DNA of 64,000 bases from NCBI GenBank assembly GCA_963693365.1, contig CAVNZM010000001.1, forward strand, positions 19,104,125-19,168,124. Direction: 5' to 3'. The notes under the pieces were generated by a model, which was given only the letters and a program-made list of their open reading frames with translations, did not search any database and was not told the origin of the DNA. The position numbers and the translations under genes are program-made. Shown one piece after another: positions 21,686 through 47,853 of this stretch (position 1 is its first letter; every line of letters starts with the position of its first letter). The stretch comes from Amoebidium appalachense. Lineage: Eukaryota > Protista > Ichthyosporea.

Positions 21686-22893
21686 CTACCATGGTCTCCA
21701 GATGCCACCCGCAGCCTGGGGAGTAGCCTGGACGGGTATTTCGCTGGAAGCAGACTTCCACAATGCAACATCTGCTGAGTGCACATCGTGCAGCTGGTAG
21801 TGCACATCGTGCAGCTGGTACGTGGCTGAAGAAGAAGACAAAGAGGATGACCTTCGTCGCACCTCTGACGGGAAGGGGGTGTACTTCTGTTTGCTCTTAA
21901 CTACCCGCCCTGCACCAACACTGCTTGCATCTACCGAGGATCGCCGTCCAAGGGTCACAGTAACGTTGTAGGTATTGGCAGAGTATGGGGCAGCTGCAAT
22001 ATGTACTCCCATGTGCCCAAAAGGAGGCATTGGTGCTTGTATTTTGGCACTGCTACTCGAGCTAGATGTGGAGATGGGTTTCGGTTGAATGTAGGCACAC
22101 TGCAGCAGGGTTGGGGATGGGGTGGGGGACTCATCCTCCGAGTCATCGTCAATGGGCGTGATGTACTTTTTGACTAGTTCCCGATGCTCTCGGGCACAGT
22201 AGGGCTCCTTGTCGCGGTGTAGCTCCTTGCGAACGTGTTGGTTCCATACGTGCCTGGGAGGCGCGCTGAGTGTTAACAACCATCCTCTACACAGTGGACT
22301 GAAGATGTGGCTCGATCTGTGCCTTGTCTTTTTTATGCTTATGAGCTGGAGAGAACGAAATTGAAGCTGAAAACAGGGGCCTAATTGGCTGCTTGCAACA
22401 CAAACAGCCACCACACTGAGCAATTAAAAATACCGATGAATCAGATGGCAAATCGTGTTTCACCCACCAGCTGGATGCCACCCAAGCGGGTAGCCATTTG
22501 CAGTCAGGATAGGCCGCACGGTACAGAAAGCTAAGTTAAGCAGACAGAACAGACAACAATCCAACAGACGATTCATGGCGTTCTTGTGCATCGAGCAGAT
22601 TCATGTGGGCTCGGCGCAACCGAAGATTTTTACAAAACAAATAACCTGCCAAAGTGAAAAAGGTCACGACAAAAGTAGAACACTCGGAGCAAGGGGGTTT
22701 ACCTTTCAGCGTTGTGTCTCCGCCGTTGTCTCATGAAGGCGCAGCCCGGATATGAGCACACAAAACATGACGAGCCGTACGAATCCAAAGTGCTCGTGTC
22801 CGTTGGGGACGCTGGCTCTGATTTCTCACTGCGCAAGTCGCTGGCCGCAGTGACCACGGCTGAAGCAGTCATTGAGAAAGCCACGTCACACAT
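21686..22893 (-). CDS. C2H2-like zinc-finger protein with Ser-rich C-terminus (2+ exons)
   Basis: Exon 22893-22703 ends ...FVCSYPGCAFMRQRRRHNAE AG|gtaaac. After intron 22702-22254, exon 22253-21686 begins cag|G CAC GTA TGG AAC CAA CAC. The join gives C-x4-C-x13-H-x4-H. The true start may lie further upstream. Confidence 0.62.
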
Positions 22894-24729
22894 TGTTGGG
22901 TTGAGCTCCAGGCCACAACGATGGCGCTACGATGTGCTACACAGAACAAAAGGCAAAAGCACACTATGTTCCCCGCCACAGTGTAGTGGAGCCCCCTACC
23001 GAAAGGTTTGCTCGGAACTGCAGCTGTTAGAACCCAGGCTGCCGCCGGGAAACAAAGGTTGCTGGGTGTAACTTGAGTTTGTGGAAGGTAACGCGTGCTA
23101 ACTCCGAGCTTCGAGAGATCCGCGCATAAGAACTGATGAGGGATGGCGTCACGCGAATGGTATTGGCATTTGCAGCATCAAATTTCACTAGTATATGTAA
23201 TTCAGTAAAGAAAAAATAAATACTGTGGTGGATTGAAAATATATGTGACAATCGTCGACACTTGGCCCCGTTTACATATTGTGTTAGACTCTTCGAAAAT
23301 TCGTCACCTGCTTGAGCCTCGAGAGTCGAGGCTGCTTCATAGTGAGATCTTATGTGTGGGCTACTTCTTTGTTTTCCACGGATGTGGAGCTTGAAACGTT
23401 TCCTATTGGCTTCCTTACCTATATTATTTTGATTGGTTGCCTATCTGTTTAAGAGCCATATATGGCCAAGATTTCCTACCCCCTAGATCTTTGGGAACAA
23501 TTCATGTTTGCGATTATCCATGATCAACGCCTGACGAAAAATGAGTAATTGACTGCAACGGTTGCAGACTTGCAGTGCATGCTATATGGAATTTTTTATA
23601 TATATCTGTGTATTATAGTTAACTAGCTTATCAACAAACAGCTGTAAATGTTACTGCGCGGCATCATGACCACTGAAACCTATCTGTTTGTCCGACATCA
23701 GCCTGGCACAATTTTCGAATTTTGAAAAGCTGTCCGCAGTGAGAGGATAATCAGAACGGACGTCGCCTGGCGGCTGAGTGTCACTGACGTTACTGTGCTC
23801 TGAATACCTGTACTACATGTTCCTTTATAGCCATGTAAATTACACAACCAGCAGTGCCGAAGGAACATATTGGAATATTGCAGAAAACCATGCTGAGTGC
23901 CGAGTCTCCTCAGTACCTTCTGGTCACCGCCAGTGCGGCCGCGGGGCCGACGTCACGGACACCCCCGGGAGCACTGTGACAGTAATATTACTTTTTTTAT
24001 AGTGAGCAGGCTCACGTGTTAGCGCTTATGTGATATTTTAGCAAGGGTCTAAGGAGATATGTTGAATGCTATAACCGCGACAAAGAGCAGTTAGTGTAGG
24101 ATTGTCACGATTGGTTCAAAAGTATTTCTCTCGGGGCAGCTGGTCATAAAGTGAAAGTTCGAAGTATTTGATTGGCTCCATATCATTTTCATTTTGTAAT
24201 ACACTCAATTCGACCCGTCAACTTGCATTTACTTACAAATATACTAACCCCAAAAATACACTGCGGCACTCTTTCAGCAACACAAAGAGCTATTCACATA
24301 TCATTTCTTTAGAGAGGGTTGGTTGGTGGCCTGGGCTCGGATTATAGTTAGAGTGATATATTCGTCGCCGAATCGTCGGCATATTATTCGCAAGTGTGGT
24401 GTTGTTCCATTGGCTCATGTCTTGGCCAATCAACACAACGTCTGGCATTCTTACGGTTAGCCCATGCGAGCGTCCAATCCAGTGAGGGAAGGGAATCTTA
24501 CACGCGTGCCGGCTGAGAATTCTACGAATGTCACGCTTGCGCAAGCATTTAGCTCGTAACAGCCTGCTTATGAATGATACATGGACATATGATACATCCC
24601 ATTCAAGTTGTCTTCTCTTTTGTGTTTATTCGAGGGCGCCTAGGCTGAAGGATGCCTGTGGCCAGTCACCATATAAATGGGTTATGGCCACCGCAGAATC
24701 AAACGTCCTTACCAGAGGGGCGAGCCGAG

Positions 24730-24871
24730 CAGGGTTCGAAGTTACGGAAAAAAATCGGAATGTTCGATATTTGAAAACACAGTTCCGAAAATCGTCCCGG
24801 CCGAAACGGAACGCGCGAGAGCCCCCCCCCCCCCCCCCCCCCCCCCCTTCCCCCCCTCCCCCCCCCCTCTC

Positions 24872-24908
<37 letters not shown>

Positions 24909-26377
24909 CGGCCCCCGGGGGGAAGCTTCTCATGACTTCGCAGGTCTCATCATACACGGGGCATACACCACCCACACAAGCTGCACACGTACGTACTTGT
25001 CTCCCTGTCCCTGTAGAATGTTCAATGGCAGACCCTGACTACAGCGCCAGCCTAGCACATTTACATGTTGTCACACCAAACACATTTATGCACACACCCA
25101 CGCGCGCACACACGCACACACACACACACAGACACACACACACACATTCACACACACACAGCCGTGACACCACATATGCATCATCGCCATGCATGGCCAC
25201 ATGAACATACAATGCATATGCCTGCACATGTATATATAGGTTGCAGAACGCGGTTTGATTGGTCATTGAACAGCTCAAATTGGCTGGTTCAGGGAGTCCG
25301 ACCCAATCCGAATCGGGGAAGGCACAAATTGCGTAAACTAATATATACCTCTACTAGTAACATGATTCATGATCATGTTCATCAAATAAAAGACAATGCG
25401 TGCACTGAAAAAAAATAAGGCCACGGACACAGTGACACACACAGGAACTAGATACATATGCACACATAGTATATATCCTCATATACACTGGCACTGCCGC
25501 ACATATGAGGACGTGACCGTACGTATATACGTAGACAAAATGTTTATATATATTGTGCATTAATGCACTTCATATTTCTCTTTTATTCCTTCAAAGCTTC
25601 AACTGCCAACACCAGGAAGGCCTCTAATAACCACAGGGGTTTTGAGTATGCATTATAATTACATTTTGATGCAATATATATAGGCACAGATAAGCATGCC
25701 CTAGTTTCACAGTGGTTCGATTCGTGTGAAAAGCCAGATTGCCAGATTGCCAGAATGCCAGAATTTTGATGGCATTCCAGAAAGGCTAGATTTCGGTCCG
25801 GTTCTTGTAGAGCTAAAATCTAGCTTTTTGGGTCAAGAAGGCACTTGCCATTTTGCGCGGTAATAGAATATCTTGGCTTATCTTAATGAACAATAATAGT
25901 TTTGAAATATTATTTAATAATTTTTATTTTGTTAAATGGGCATTTATTACCAAGTTTTATGCATTTTTGAAAAGCTATACTAATAAGGCAAAACGCCTAG
26001 GATTGGATACGAACTTTATATGGTGCTGGCGCGGCCAATCGTAAGGCGCAGGGTCAATCTGGCAATCTGGAAGGGGGGGGGGGAGTCGCCAGATTCTGGA
26101 ATCTGGAAGAGGGGTCAAATTGAATCTGGCCTTAAAATTTTGTTTAAATTTTACGTTCCGATTCGATTGATCGACGAATAACCATTTTTGGCGAGGCGGT
26201 TTTTAATCTGGCAATCTGGCAATCTGGCTTTTGACACGAATCGAACCAGTGTACTGATGCGCCGACGATTACGATTTTTGGTGGGCCTGCTCCGACGGAG
26301 CATTCCGATTTTCGAAGAGATTTTCCGAAACGGGATTTCGACTTCCGTTAATGGGCTCCACCGTCCTTCGAACCCTG
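24730..26377. mobile_element. Non-autonomous hAT-type DNA transposon (1648 bp) with nested insertion
   Basis: Perfect 12-bp TIR CAGGGTTCGAAG (24730) / CTTCGAACCCTG (26366-26377). 8-bp TSD GAGCCGAG (24722-24729) / GAGCCGAA (26378-26385). No transposase ORF. Confidence 0.7.
25710..26251. mobile_element. MITE with ~45-bp TIRs and GCCAGATT subterminal repeats, nested in the hAT element
   Basis: Left end CAGTGGTTCGATTCGTGTGAAAAGCCAGATTGCCAGATTGCCAGA matches the reverse complement of the right end with 2 mismatches. Internal AATCTGG repeats. No clean TSD (flanks CA / TA), so the superfamily is uncertain. Confidence 0.75.
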
Positions 26378-26494
26378 GAGCCGAAACCGGAGTTTCGGGA
26401 CGAGTGGCCGAGTTCTAGATCTGGGCAGAGGCGAAGCCGAGGCCCCGAACTCAGGCACGAGACCCGAAACGAGGTCGAGGGGAAGCCCCGAGGG

Positions 26495-26569
26495 CTACCA
26501 CCTACTGAGGCGGTGTCTCCTTTCTTTCTTTTTTTTTTTTTTTTTTTGCCGCCTGAGTAGATGTTAAAA
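26495..26569. repeat. Short dispersed element, copy 1 (inverted arms around a T-tract)
   Basis: CTACCACCTACTGAGGCGGTGTCTCC-(T)n-..CCTGAGTAGATGTTAAA. The same sequence recurs at 55144-55232. Confidence 0.7.
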
Positions 26570-26782
26570 CGTCGCACGTGCGGCAACACGTCAGTACGTG
26601 TTAGCCCCGAGGGTAAGGGGACGCGGTTTGTACGCGAGAACTCGCTTAATTCACTGTATTCTTGGTGATTATATTAAGAATAATTTTTACTTCTTTTGCT
26701 TCAAATGATTCGTTGTTATTTTTTTCATCTTTTTTCTTCTCAATATCCTTTCTTCCATTTTATTATGATGCTTGACACGGTA

Positions 26783-28790
<2,008 letters not shown>

Positions 28791-28847
28791 CAACAATTGG
28801 CCGATAGTAGAAAGCTATCACGTGATTGGTCAATGGGCTTCATGTGT

Positions 28848-28877
28848 TCTTTGCCTCGAGTAAACAGCGTAAACCCC
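28848..28877 (+). mobile_element. ~30-bp 3'-terminal fragment of the TAAACCCC-ending retroelement
   Basis: TCTTTGCCTCGAGTAAACAGCGTAAACCCC is identical to the 3' end of the 53933-54810 copy. It is flanked by GCTTCATGT / GCTTGCATGT, a possible degenerate TSD. Confidence 0.65.
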
Positions 28878-28978
28878 GCTTGCATGTCAGCCCACACCTG
28901 GTATATAAAGACCCGTGGCGCATCAGTTTTCAGATTTTTTGGATTGCTTGGCTCAACTCTTTTCGCCAATAAATTTTT

Positions 28979-29068
28979 GGCTAGATACCCCAGAACCGGG
29001 CTACTAGGTGGAAACCCGCACGATTAGCAGGTTTCCACCCTAGTAGCCCGGTTCTGGGGTACCTAGCC
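28979..29068. repeat. Near-perfect 90-nt inverted repeat (hairpin)
   Basis: GGCTAGATACCCCAGAACCGGGCTACTAGGTGGAAACCCGC - ACGATTA - GCAGGTTTCCACCCTAGTAGCCCGGTTCTGGGGTACCTAGCC: a ~41-bp stem with 2 mismatches and 1 bulge. Confidence 0.9.
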
Positions 29069-29840
29069 TGCACAGAACTGAAGTTCAACCCTTACCTCGG
29101 AATACTGTAACTCAACCCCCAAGCGTACAAACCTTTGGTAATCCGTGCACATCGGTGGCGTGATCACCGATATTGAAACAGTTGACCGGACAGGGCTTTA
29201 AAGCATGCAAAAAGGGTGGGGAGTGGGGTGAGTCAGCAATCTCGACATGGGTATGATGCTAAACAGCCGACAAAATCATACCAAGGCTCTAGAAAGGAGA
29301 AATTCTCGTCATGCTATCCGTATGCATGTACATAGAGCATTTCATAGTGACATCTACGGGCATTTGGACTTCTACTACTATTAAACGGAGGCCTCTCCAT
29401 CCTTCGACTTACATTTATCCGCACTTTTGTCTTGAAGTTCCCGGCATGTGAATAAGTTTACCCCTTCTCGCCGCTTGGATCAAGAAAGAGAGAACTAGAG
29501 CGCTTACTAAACTCTTGGCAAATTTCCTTGAAGCAGAAGTTGCCTCCTTTCTATCTAACAACTGTTGTAAACCTGGGCCTGTAACGCTCTCGATATATGA
29601 TGGTCTGGTCCCAATAGCTGCTAGAGTATCCCATCTCGCGCTGAATTTCAATAAGCACATAAGCCGCTAAAAGAAGTATTTGCCCTCCCACCCTCTCTTC
29701 TCTATCCGACCTGTCCCCTCCTCACCTCTCCCCTCTTTCCTTCCCCTTCTCTCTTCTTTTCCCCCGGGCACAAATACAAATAAACCCCGCAAAAGTGTGC
29801 GTGTGACTTTGAACTGCCACTTACTTATTAGACATGTACA

Positions 29841-30691
29841 CAATCACAAGATAATTACGCAATATAACAAATGGAAAAAGATACCACACGACACCAGACC
29901 CGATGAAAGCATACACTAAGGCTTGAAAAACTAAGCCTTATGTCTCGTTTTATATATAATGACCGCCTTAACCATATTGCCAAATATGGCGCTCACAAAT
30001 GTGTAACACCTAAATACATATTACCTTCCTGTAGAATTGGTCTTTCTCTAGCTGATGGTATTATTGATCACATACCACGCTTTTACTGTACACGTGCTAT
30101 ACAGTGGAGATCTAATAAGTATAAGGTGGCATCGTTTGCATGCCCAAACAACACACACACACACCAGTTTAAACGGTCATGTACCGCCAAATGTAGTTTG
30201 ATAGACCACATAATACCGCAACACACACACGTCACATTCACAACAGACACCCAGAAAGATAGCCTACCTAAACATTACAACATCCTTGATTTTATACTAA
30301 ACGCGCGAATTTCAAACTACGACCTCAGTGTTTATTAGATGTATTGATTGGCTTGAGAAACACATCATTACAAGATTCTAGCACACACACACACACACAC
30401 GCGCACACACACACACATACACAAACGCACACCCACAACCAGCTGATACCGAGTGTCCCAGGGGAGCCCGGAAAAAAAAAAAAAAAAAAAAAAAAAAACG
30501 GGGAACCCCAACTAATTGATTTTTCTTAGTCTTTATGGTGTCTCGTAGAGAAAGTAAACCCTGTTATATAATCATCACCCGACAGCTATGTACGCGATCA
30601 TGATATACCGCTGAGGGGATATTCCGAGCAAAAACCCCCCATACCTGAGACTGGTCTCTCTTTGCCTCGAGCACGTGACAGCATAAACCCC
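29841..30691 (+). mobile_element. 5'-truncated probable non-LTR retrotransposon, degenerate copy
   Basis: Colinear with the reverse complement of 53933-54810. It has the same C-terminal peptide (NHKIITQYNKWKKIPHDTRPDESIH...CPNNTHTHQF.RSC.AKC) but disrupted by small insertions, and the same 3' UTR with (CA)n, an internal A-tract and an ...ACAGCATAAACCCC end. The 5' boundary is approximate. Confidence 0.72.
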
Positions 30692-30885
30692 CATCCATAC
30701 ATACACATGTTCTGATGATAATAATGTAGGCCGTTACAACCCTGAACCCGGCCCGAGGGTGTGTACTACTGTACATGTACGGACAGCCCCGACTGAATGT
30801 CCCACATGCACACGTGACATGCACACACACTATCTATGCATCTATCTCCCTCCCTTTCTCTCTCGATCACTCGCCATGTTCCGGA

Positions 30886-30920
<35 letters not shown>

Positions 30921-31250
30921 CTGACAGGCCCCACCCTCCGGCCGGATATCGATCCCCCTCTTCCCTCTCCCTCCCAGGCTCGGCAGAGCTCCCGATCGCT
31001 GGTCCCATCCCCCCCCCCCCCCCCCCTTCGGCCCCCCTCCCCCCGGGCCTCCTGGTAGTCCGAGAGTCTCTCCGGATCCTACTCTCAAGACTCTTCCTCA
31101 ATGGGCCATTCTGAATAAAATATCTCTAGCGCATATATATATACGTACCCATGCGTGCACACATCCTCAACAACACACAAAGGCGCAGGCACATGCATGA
31201 TTATTAGGAGCTCACCAAGGACACACGCGCCTCCGCCAACAAAATCTATA

Positions 31251-31312
31251 TCACTATTACTCATTCATGTATCAACTTACGTCACTATTACTCATTCATG
31301 TATCAACTTACG
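31251..31312. repeat. 31-bp tandem duplication
   Basis: TCACTATTACTCATTCATGTATCAACTTACG x2. Confidence 0.9.
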
Positions 31313-31407
31313 TGGGTACCTTCTTCTGCACAAAAATGGTTCACAGTGGCACCGGGGTGCACACACAGGCACGAGCAGACACGTGCACACACACAAACAT
31401 AATATTA

Positions 31408-31746
31408 TGTACACACACAGCTGTAGTTATACACACAGAGCATATACATGTACACATGCACACAGACATACAGCATTGTGTATCGAGCACACTGCTGCCG
31501 TTGTCCAACAACATGGCACAGTTGTACACACACAGCTGTAGTTATACACAGAGCATATACATGTACACATGCACACAGACACACAGCATTGTGTATCGAG
31601 CACACTACTGCCGTTGTCCAACAACATGGCACAGTTGTACACACACAGCTGTAGTTATACACAGAGCATGTACATGTACACATGCATACAGACATGCAGC
31701 ATTGTGTATCGAGCACATTGCTGCCGTTGTCCAACAACATGGCACA
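31408..31746. repeat. Minisatellite, 3 x ~113-115 bp
   Basis: Unit TGTACACACACAGCTGTAGTTATACAC...GCATTGTGTATCGAGCACA...GCCGTTGTCCAACAACATGGCACA starts at 31408, 31523 and 31636. Confidence 0.9.
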
Positions 31747-31971
31747 CTGTCAGTGCACGTGCCCGTCACGCACGCACGAACACCGCAGGTTGAGCACAAT
31801 ACTTTGGCCCCAATGAAAAATTCATTGCTTAGTCATGATATTTGATTCAGTGCTGATCGTAATCGTTACGAATATAGGTTGGTGGGTGCACGTGGGGGCA
31901 AAGGGCAGATATGTTTGATCATCGCGCACGGGGGGAGGGGGTGGGGTGGGAAGGGGGGAAGGGGAGAGGCT

Positions 31972-32010
<39 letters not shown>

Positions 32011-32123
32011 ATAAGATGCGATTAACGTGATGGGGAGCTCTGAGTCAGGCCCTCTCGGGGGTGGGGGGGGGGGGGGGGGGGGAAGAGGGGGAGAGAAGAC
32101 GTCGATTTTTGCTACTGTCCCTG

Positions 32124-32184
<61 letters not shown>

Positions 32185-32577
32185 CCCCACTCCTCCACCC
32201 ACCAAACCACCCAACGACCACACACTTCAGGCTGGTCCCTGTGCCTCGATCGAGCATACATAAATAGCCTACCATTATTATCATGCTGATACACATGTAC
32301 ATGTATTGTTGATCACCTGAGACGACATGTGTGCTTTCATGTCCAACGTCCATGTACTCAGATCATGAGGTTATCACATCTCTTTCTCAGTGATCCACTC
32401 TATTTAGTTCCATGTCGACAGCCCGCACAATTATTATTCGCCAACGGCATACATACATTCCGCATGTTTCGTTCTCCTACAAACCCGCAATTCATGCTCC
32501 TACAGCAACCCAATAATCCAAGTATCTGCCTCGGTACATATAACGAGTAGGCATACGGTTTCGCCTAAGATATCCTC

Positions 32578-45094
<12,517 letters not shown>

Positions 45095-45317
45095 GTAGCA
45101 TAAAGGTCATGAGGTAACGTTCAAAAAAGTTGTATGGCACCTGATTTCACATTTTAAAAAAAAGTTGTATGGTACGTTGTGCCGCAATTATAAAACACAA
45201 AAAAATGTAGGAATATTCAGCTAGCATGTAGACACCTCGATCCTCTGTCACCTGCCACGTGCGACTGTGGTCTCAGCCGCCGTATGATAAATATACATAC
45301 TCTATTTTTCAAGGGTA

Positions 45318-47853
45318 CAGTAAACCGCTCGAATTTGGGACGATTTGAATCCCGTCATAAATTTGGGACACTTTTAATTGGCCCTCGGCGCATCACCCGG
45401 ACTTGGGTCCATTATTACGTTTTTCCCGCCCTTTTTGCATGCCAGCGTGTCTGGTTGGCTGCCCAACCCGGCAGCCAAGTTTGAAAATAAAGGGCCGTTT
45501 TCCACCAACCACCACAGCAGAGCAAAGCACATCCTCTTTCGAAAACATAGGAACTCCTCATCCTCACTCTAAGGATTTCCTCTCACGTAGCCTCACATCG
45601 TTCATATGCTTTGTACTTTTACTGCCCATTTATCACACACCCTTGCCCCACAGACAGAATGGGGTTCCCAACATGAGTGCACAAGGGCAGAAAAGGCGCA
45701 AGCCCACAGCAGAGGAGATAGAGAGGCAGCGTTTCTAGAACACAAAAATAAGACACATGAAGAGCGATGTAATTTAGCTGCAGAGCACGTGAAGCATAAT
45801 ATTTATTCTTACAGGGAAGCAGTTGAAGTTTTTGGGGTAGCACGCACCACCATTGAGAATCACCTTAAGGGCAAAGTTAGTAGGCACGGGGCCGGAAGGC
45901 CCTCAGCACTCACTTATGAACAAGAGAGAGGTGTGATAGAGTGGATCTTTGAGAGGCAGGATGCGAATCTCTCCGCATCTGTTCGTGAAATCAAACAGAA
46001 ACTAGTAGAAACTGCAAAGGAACACGGGGTACCCTTTAAGAACGACAGACCATCTGATGGGTTCTGGAATGCTTTCAAAAAACGACACCCAGACTTCACT
46101 TTGAGGGTGCCTTTGCCAGCTGATGACCGGCACGATGCAGCAACAACACCAAGCATCATTCGTCACTACTTTGACATCATCCGCAAAGTGATGGTAACCT
46201 TTTTTGGCGGTCGATTCCTTCCCCACCAAGTCCTCAACCTGGACGAAACCCCACAGAGAATCCACTACGTTCCCAGACTAGCCGGTGCTAAAAAGGGCAG
46301 CAGGGCAGTCCGACGTCGCATCATCGGAAACGGCAAAGAAAACTTCACCATCATTCCAATTGGCAATGTTGCAGGCGAACTTCTCGGTGTCATCGTGATT
46401 CTCAAGGGCGCGCGAGTCAAGAAAGCGACAATCGAAGCCTGTACCATTGATAACGTGTACTTTACCGCAGTTCCAAACGGCCTCAACAACACAAAGATTT
46501 TCGACCAAATTGCTATTGCTCTGGTTAAAATTCTGAAGAACCAACCCGACCCAGGCCCCCACATGGTACTGGTCGACAGACATCACTCGCGCGCGTCATC
46601 TTTCGCCCTCAGGCACCTCAAAAACAACCAAGTTTACGTGGTCGGACTACCGGGAAGCACAACACCAACCACCCAGGCAATGGACAACTGCAACGTTCCG
46701 AGTGTGAAGAAGGAATACAGGAACCTCTACTGCGAGTTTGTCGCGGCAAACCCAACCCTCAGGAAGTTCACCTATGCACATTTCATCGCGCTGTACTCGC
46801 GTGCGTTCAACGGTAAACTCACCAAACAATCGATAGTGAGTGCGTTCGCCAAAACTGGCTTCAGACAGGAGAACGGAGAGGTGGTTGTAGATGAGGAGAG
46901 AGTTCAAGCATCACTGCCCCTCAAGCATCGTGCGGCTACTGCAAACCTCCCCCCGCCTGAAATCACTTCGAAAGAACTCAGGTGGACTGAAGATGAGGAA
47001 TCTCAAGAGGGGGACAACTCAGAGGAAAGCAGGGAGGTGCCTGAACCGGAAAATGAATACGAAAACGGAAACGAAAATCCCCCCCGAAATCGAAAACGAA
47101 AACCCCCCCGAAAACGAAAACGAAAATACACAGGAGGCGGAGAGCGGAGATGACATGTTGCCCACCTACGAAACAGACGGAAATGGACAGCAGCGTGCGA
47201 TTCTGTGGACACGCGAAACCTTTCTCAAGGAACTTGAGGAGAGAGAGAAACGCAAGCAGCAGAAGGAAGATGGAAAGAAACAGCGAGCAGAGGAGAAGAA
47301 ACGAAGGAAGGCGGAGAGACTACAAGAACAGGAGGAGAAAAAGAGAGCGCAAGAGGAGACAGCAAGAGAGAGAGAAAAGAGAAAAGCAGAGGAGGCAGCC
47401 GTGAAAGAGGCAAGGAAAAAAGAGAGGGAGGAAAAGAAAAAAGAAAAAGAGCTGAGGGCACAGGAAGAGGAGGAAAGGAAGGCACAGGAGGGAGGACGAA
47501 AAGGGAGATCCAAACCGACACAACCAAGGAAGCCCAAGAAGAAAAAGAGGAAGGCGAAGAGAGCATTCTGGGGGTCAGACACTGATGCACCAGAAGCAGA
47601 AAGCAACGAAGACGGAGAAAGGGAGAGTGAGAGTGAGAGCGAAAACGAACGGAGGAAGGTGCACGGTGATGAGTGGATGGAAAATGAAAGCGAGAAAGAA
47701 AACGAACCACCAAGAAACGAGCACGGGCAACCATACTGGCCTGGCTACTACTTCCCCTACCAACAGGTCCCATAATGATTCAACCCATACCAACCTGGGA
47801 TGCAATACCAACAGTACCCGTTTTATCAGTATCCATACCCCGGACAGATGTAG
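45318..47853 (+). mobile_element. pogo/Fot1-like (Tc1/mariner superfamily) DNA transposon, right TIR not found
   Basis: TA|CAGTAAACCGCTCGAATTTGGGAC left end with AATTTGGGAC repeated internally, followed by transposase coding sequence. No complementary right end was seen by eye in the window. Confidence 0.8.
45673..47775 (+). pseudogene. pogo-type transposase (psq-like HTH + CENP-B HTH + DDE_1, DD35D), frameshifted
   Basis: YSYREAVEVFGVARTTI (HTH) and GRPSALTYEQE...PSDGFWNAFKKRHP (CENP-B/Tc5 HTH). Catalytic LNLDET, VLVDRHHSR and QAMD, with 35 residues between the last two Asp. Frame changes near 45735 and at a C7 run (~47080), then a K/E-rich tail. Confidence 0.88.

Noticed and set aside
29415-29660. 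81-aa minus-strand ORF
   Set aside because: No motif recognised. It is the antisense shadow of an equally open plus-strand frame.
30430-30691. Hammerhead ribozyme / Penelope pLTR in the retroelement 3' UTR
   Set aside because: No CTGANGA...GAAA core with supporting stems was found by eye. An Infernal scan would be decisive.
28870-30691. Interstitial telomere
   Set aside because: TAAACCCC occurs only as single units at element ends, never in tandem.
31408-31746. CRISPR-like array
   Set aside because: Whole units repeat with no unique spacers, there are no cas genes, and the context is eukaryotic.
47166-47773. Hydrophobic/Ser-rich minus-strand ORFs
   Set aside because: Antisense shadows of the purine-rich transposase tail.
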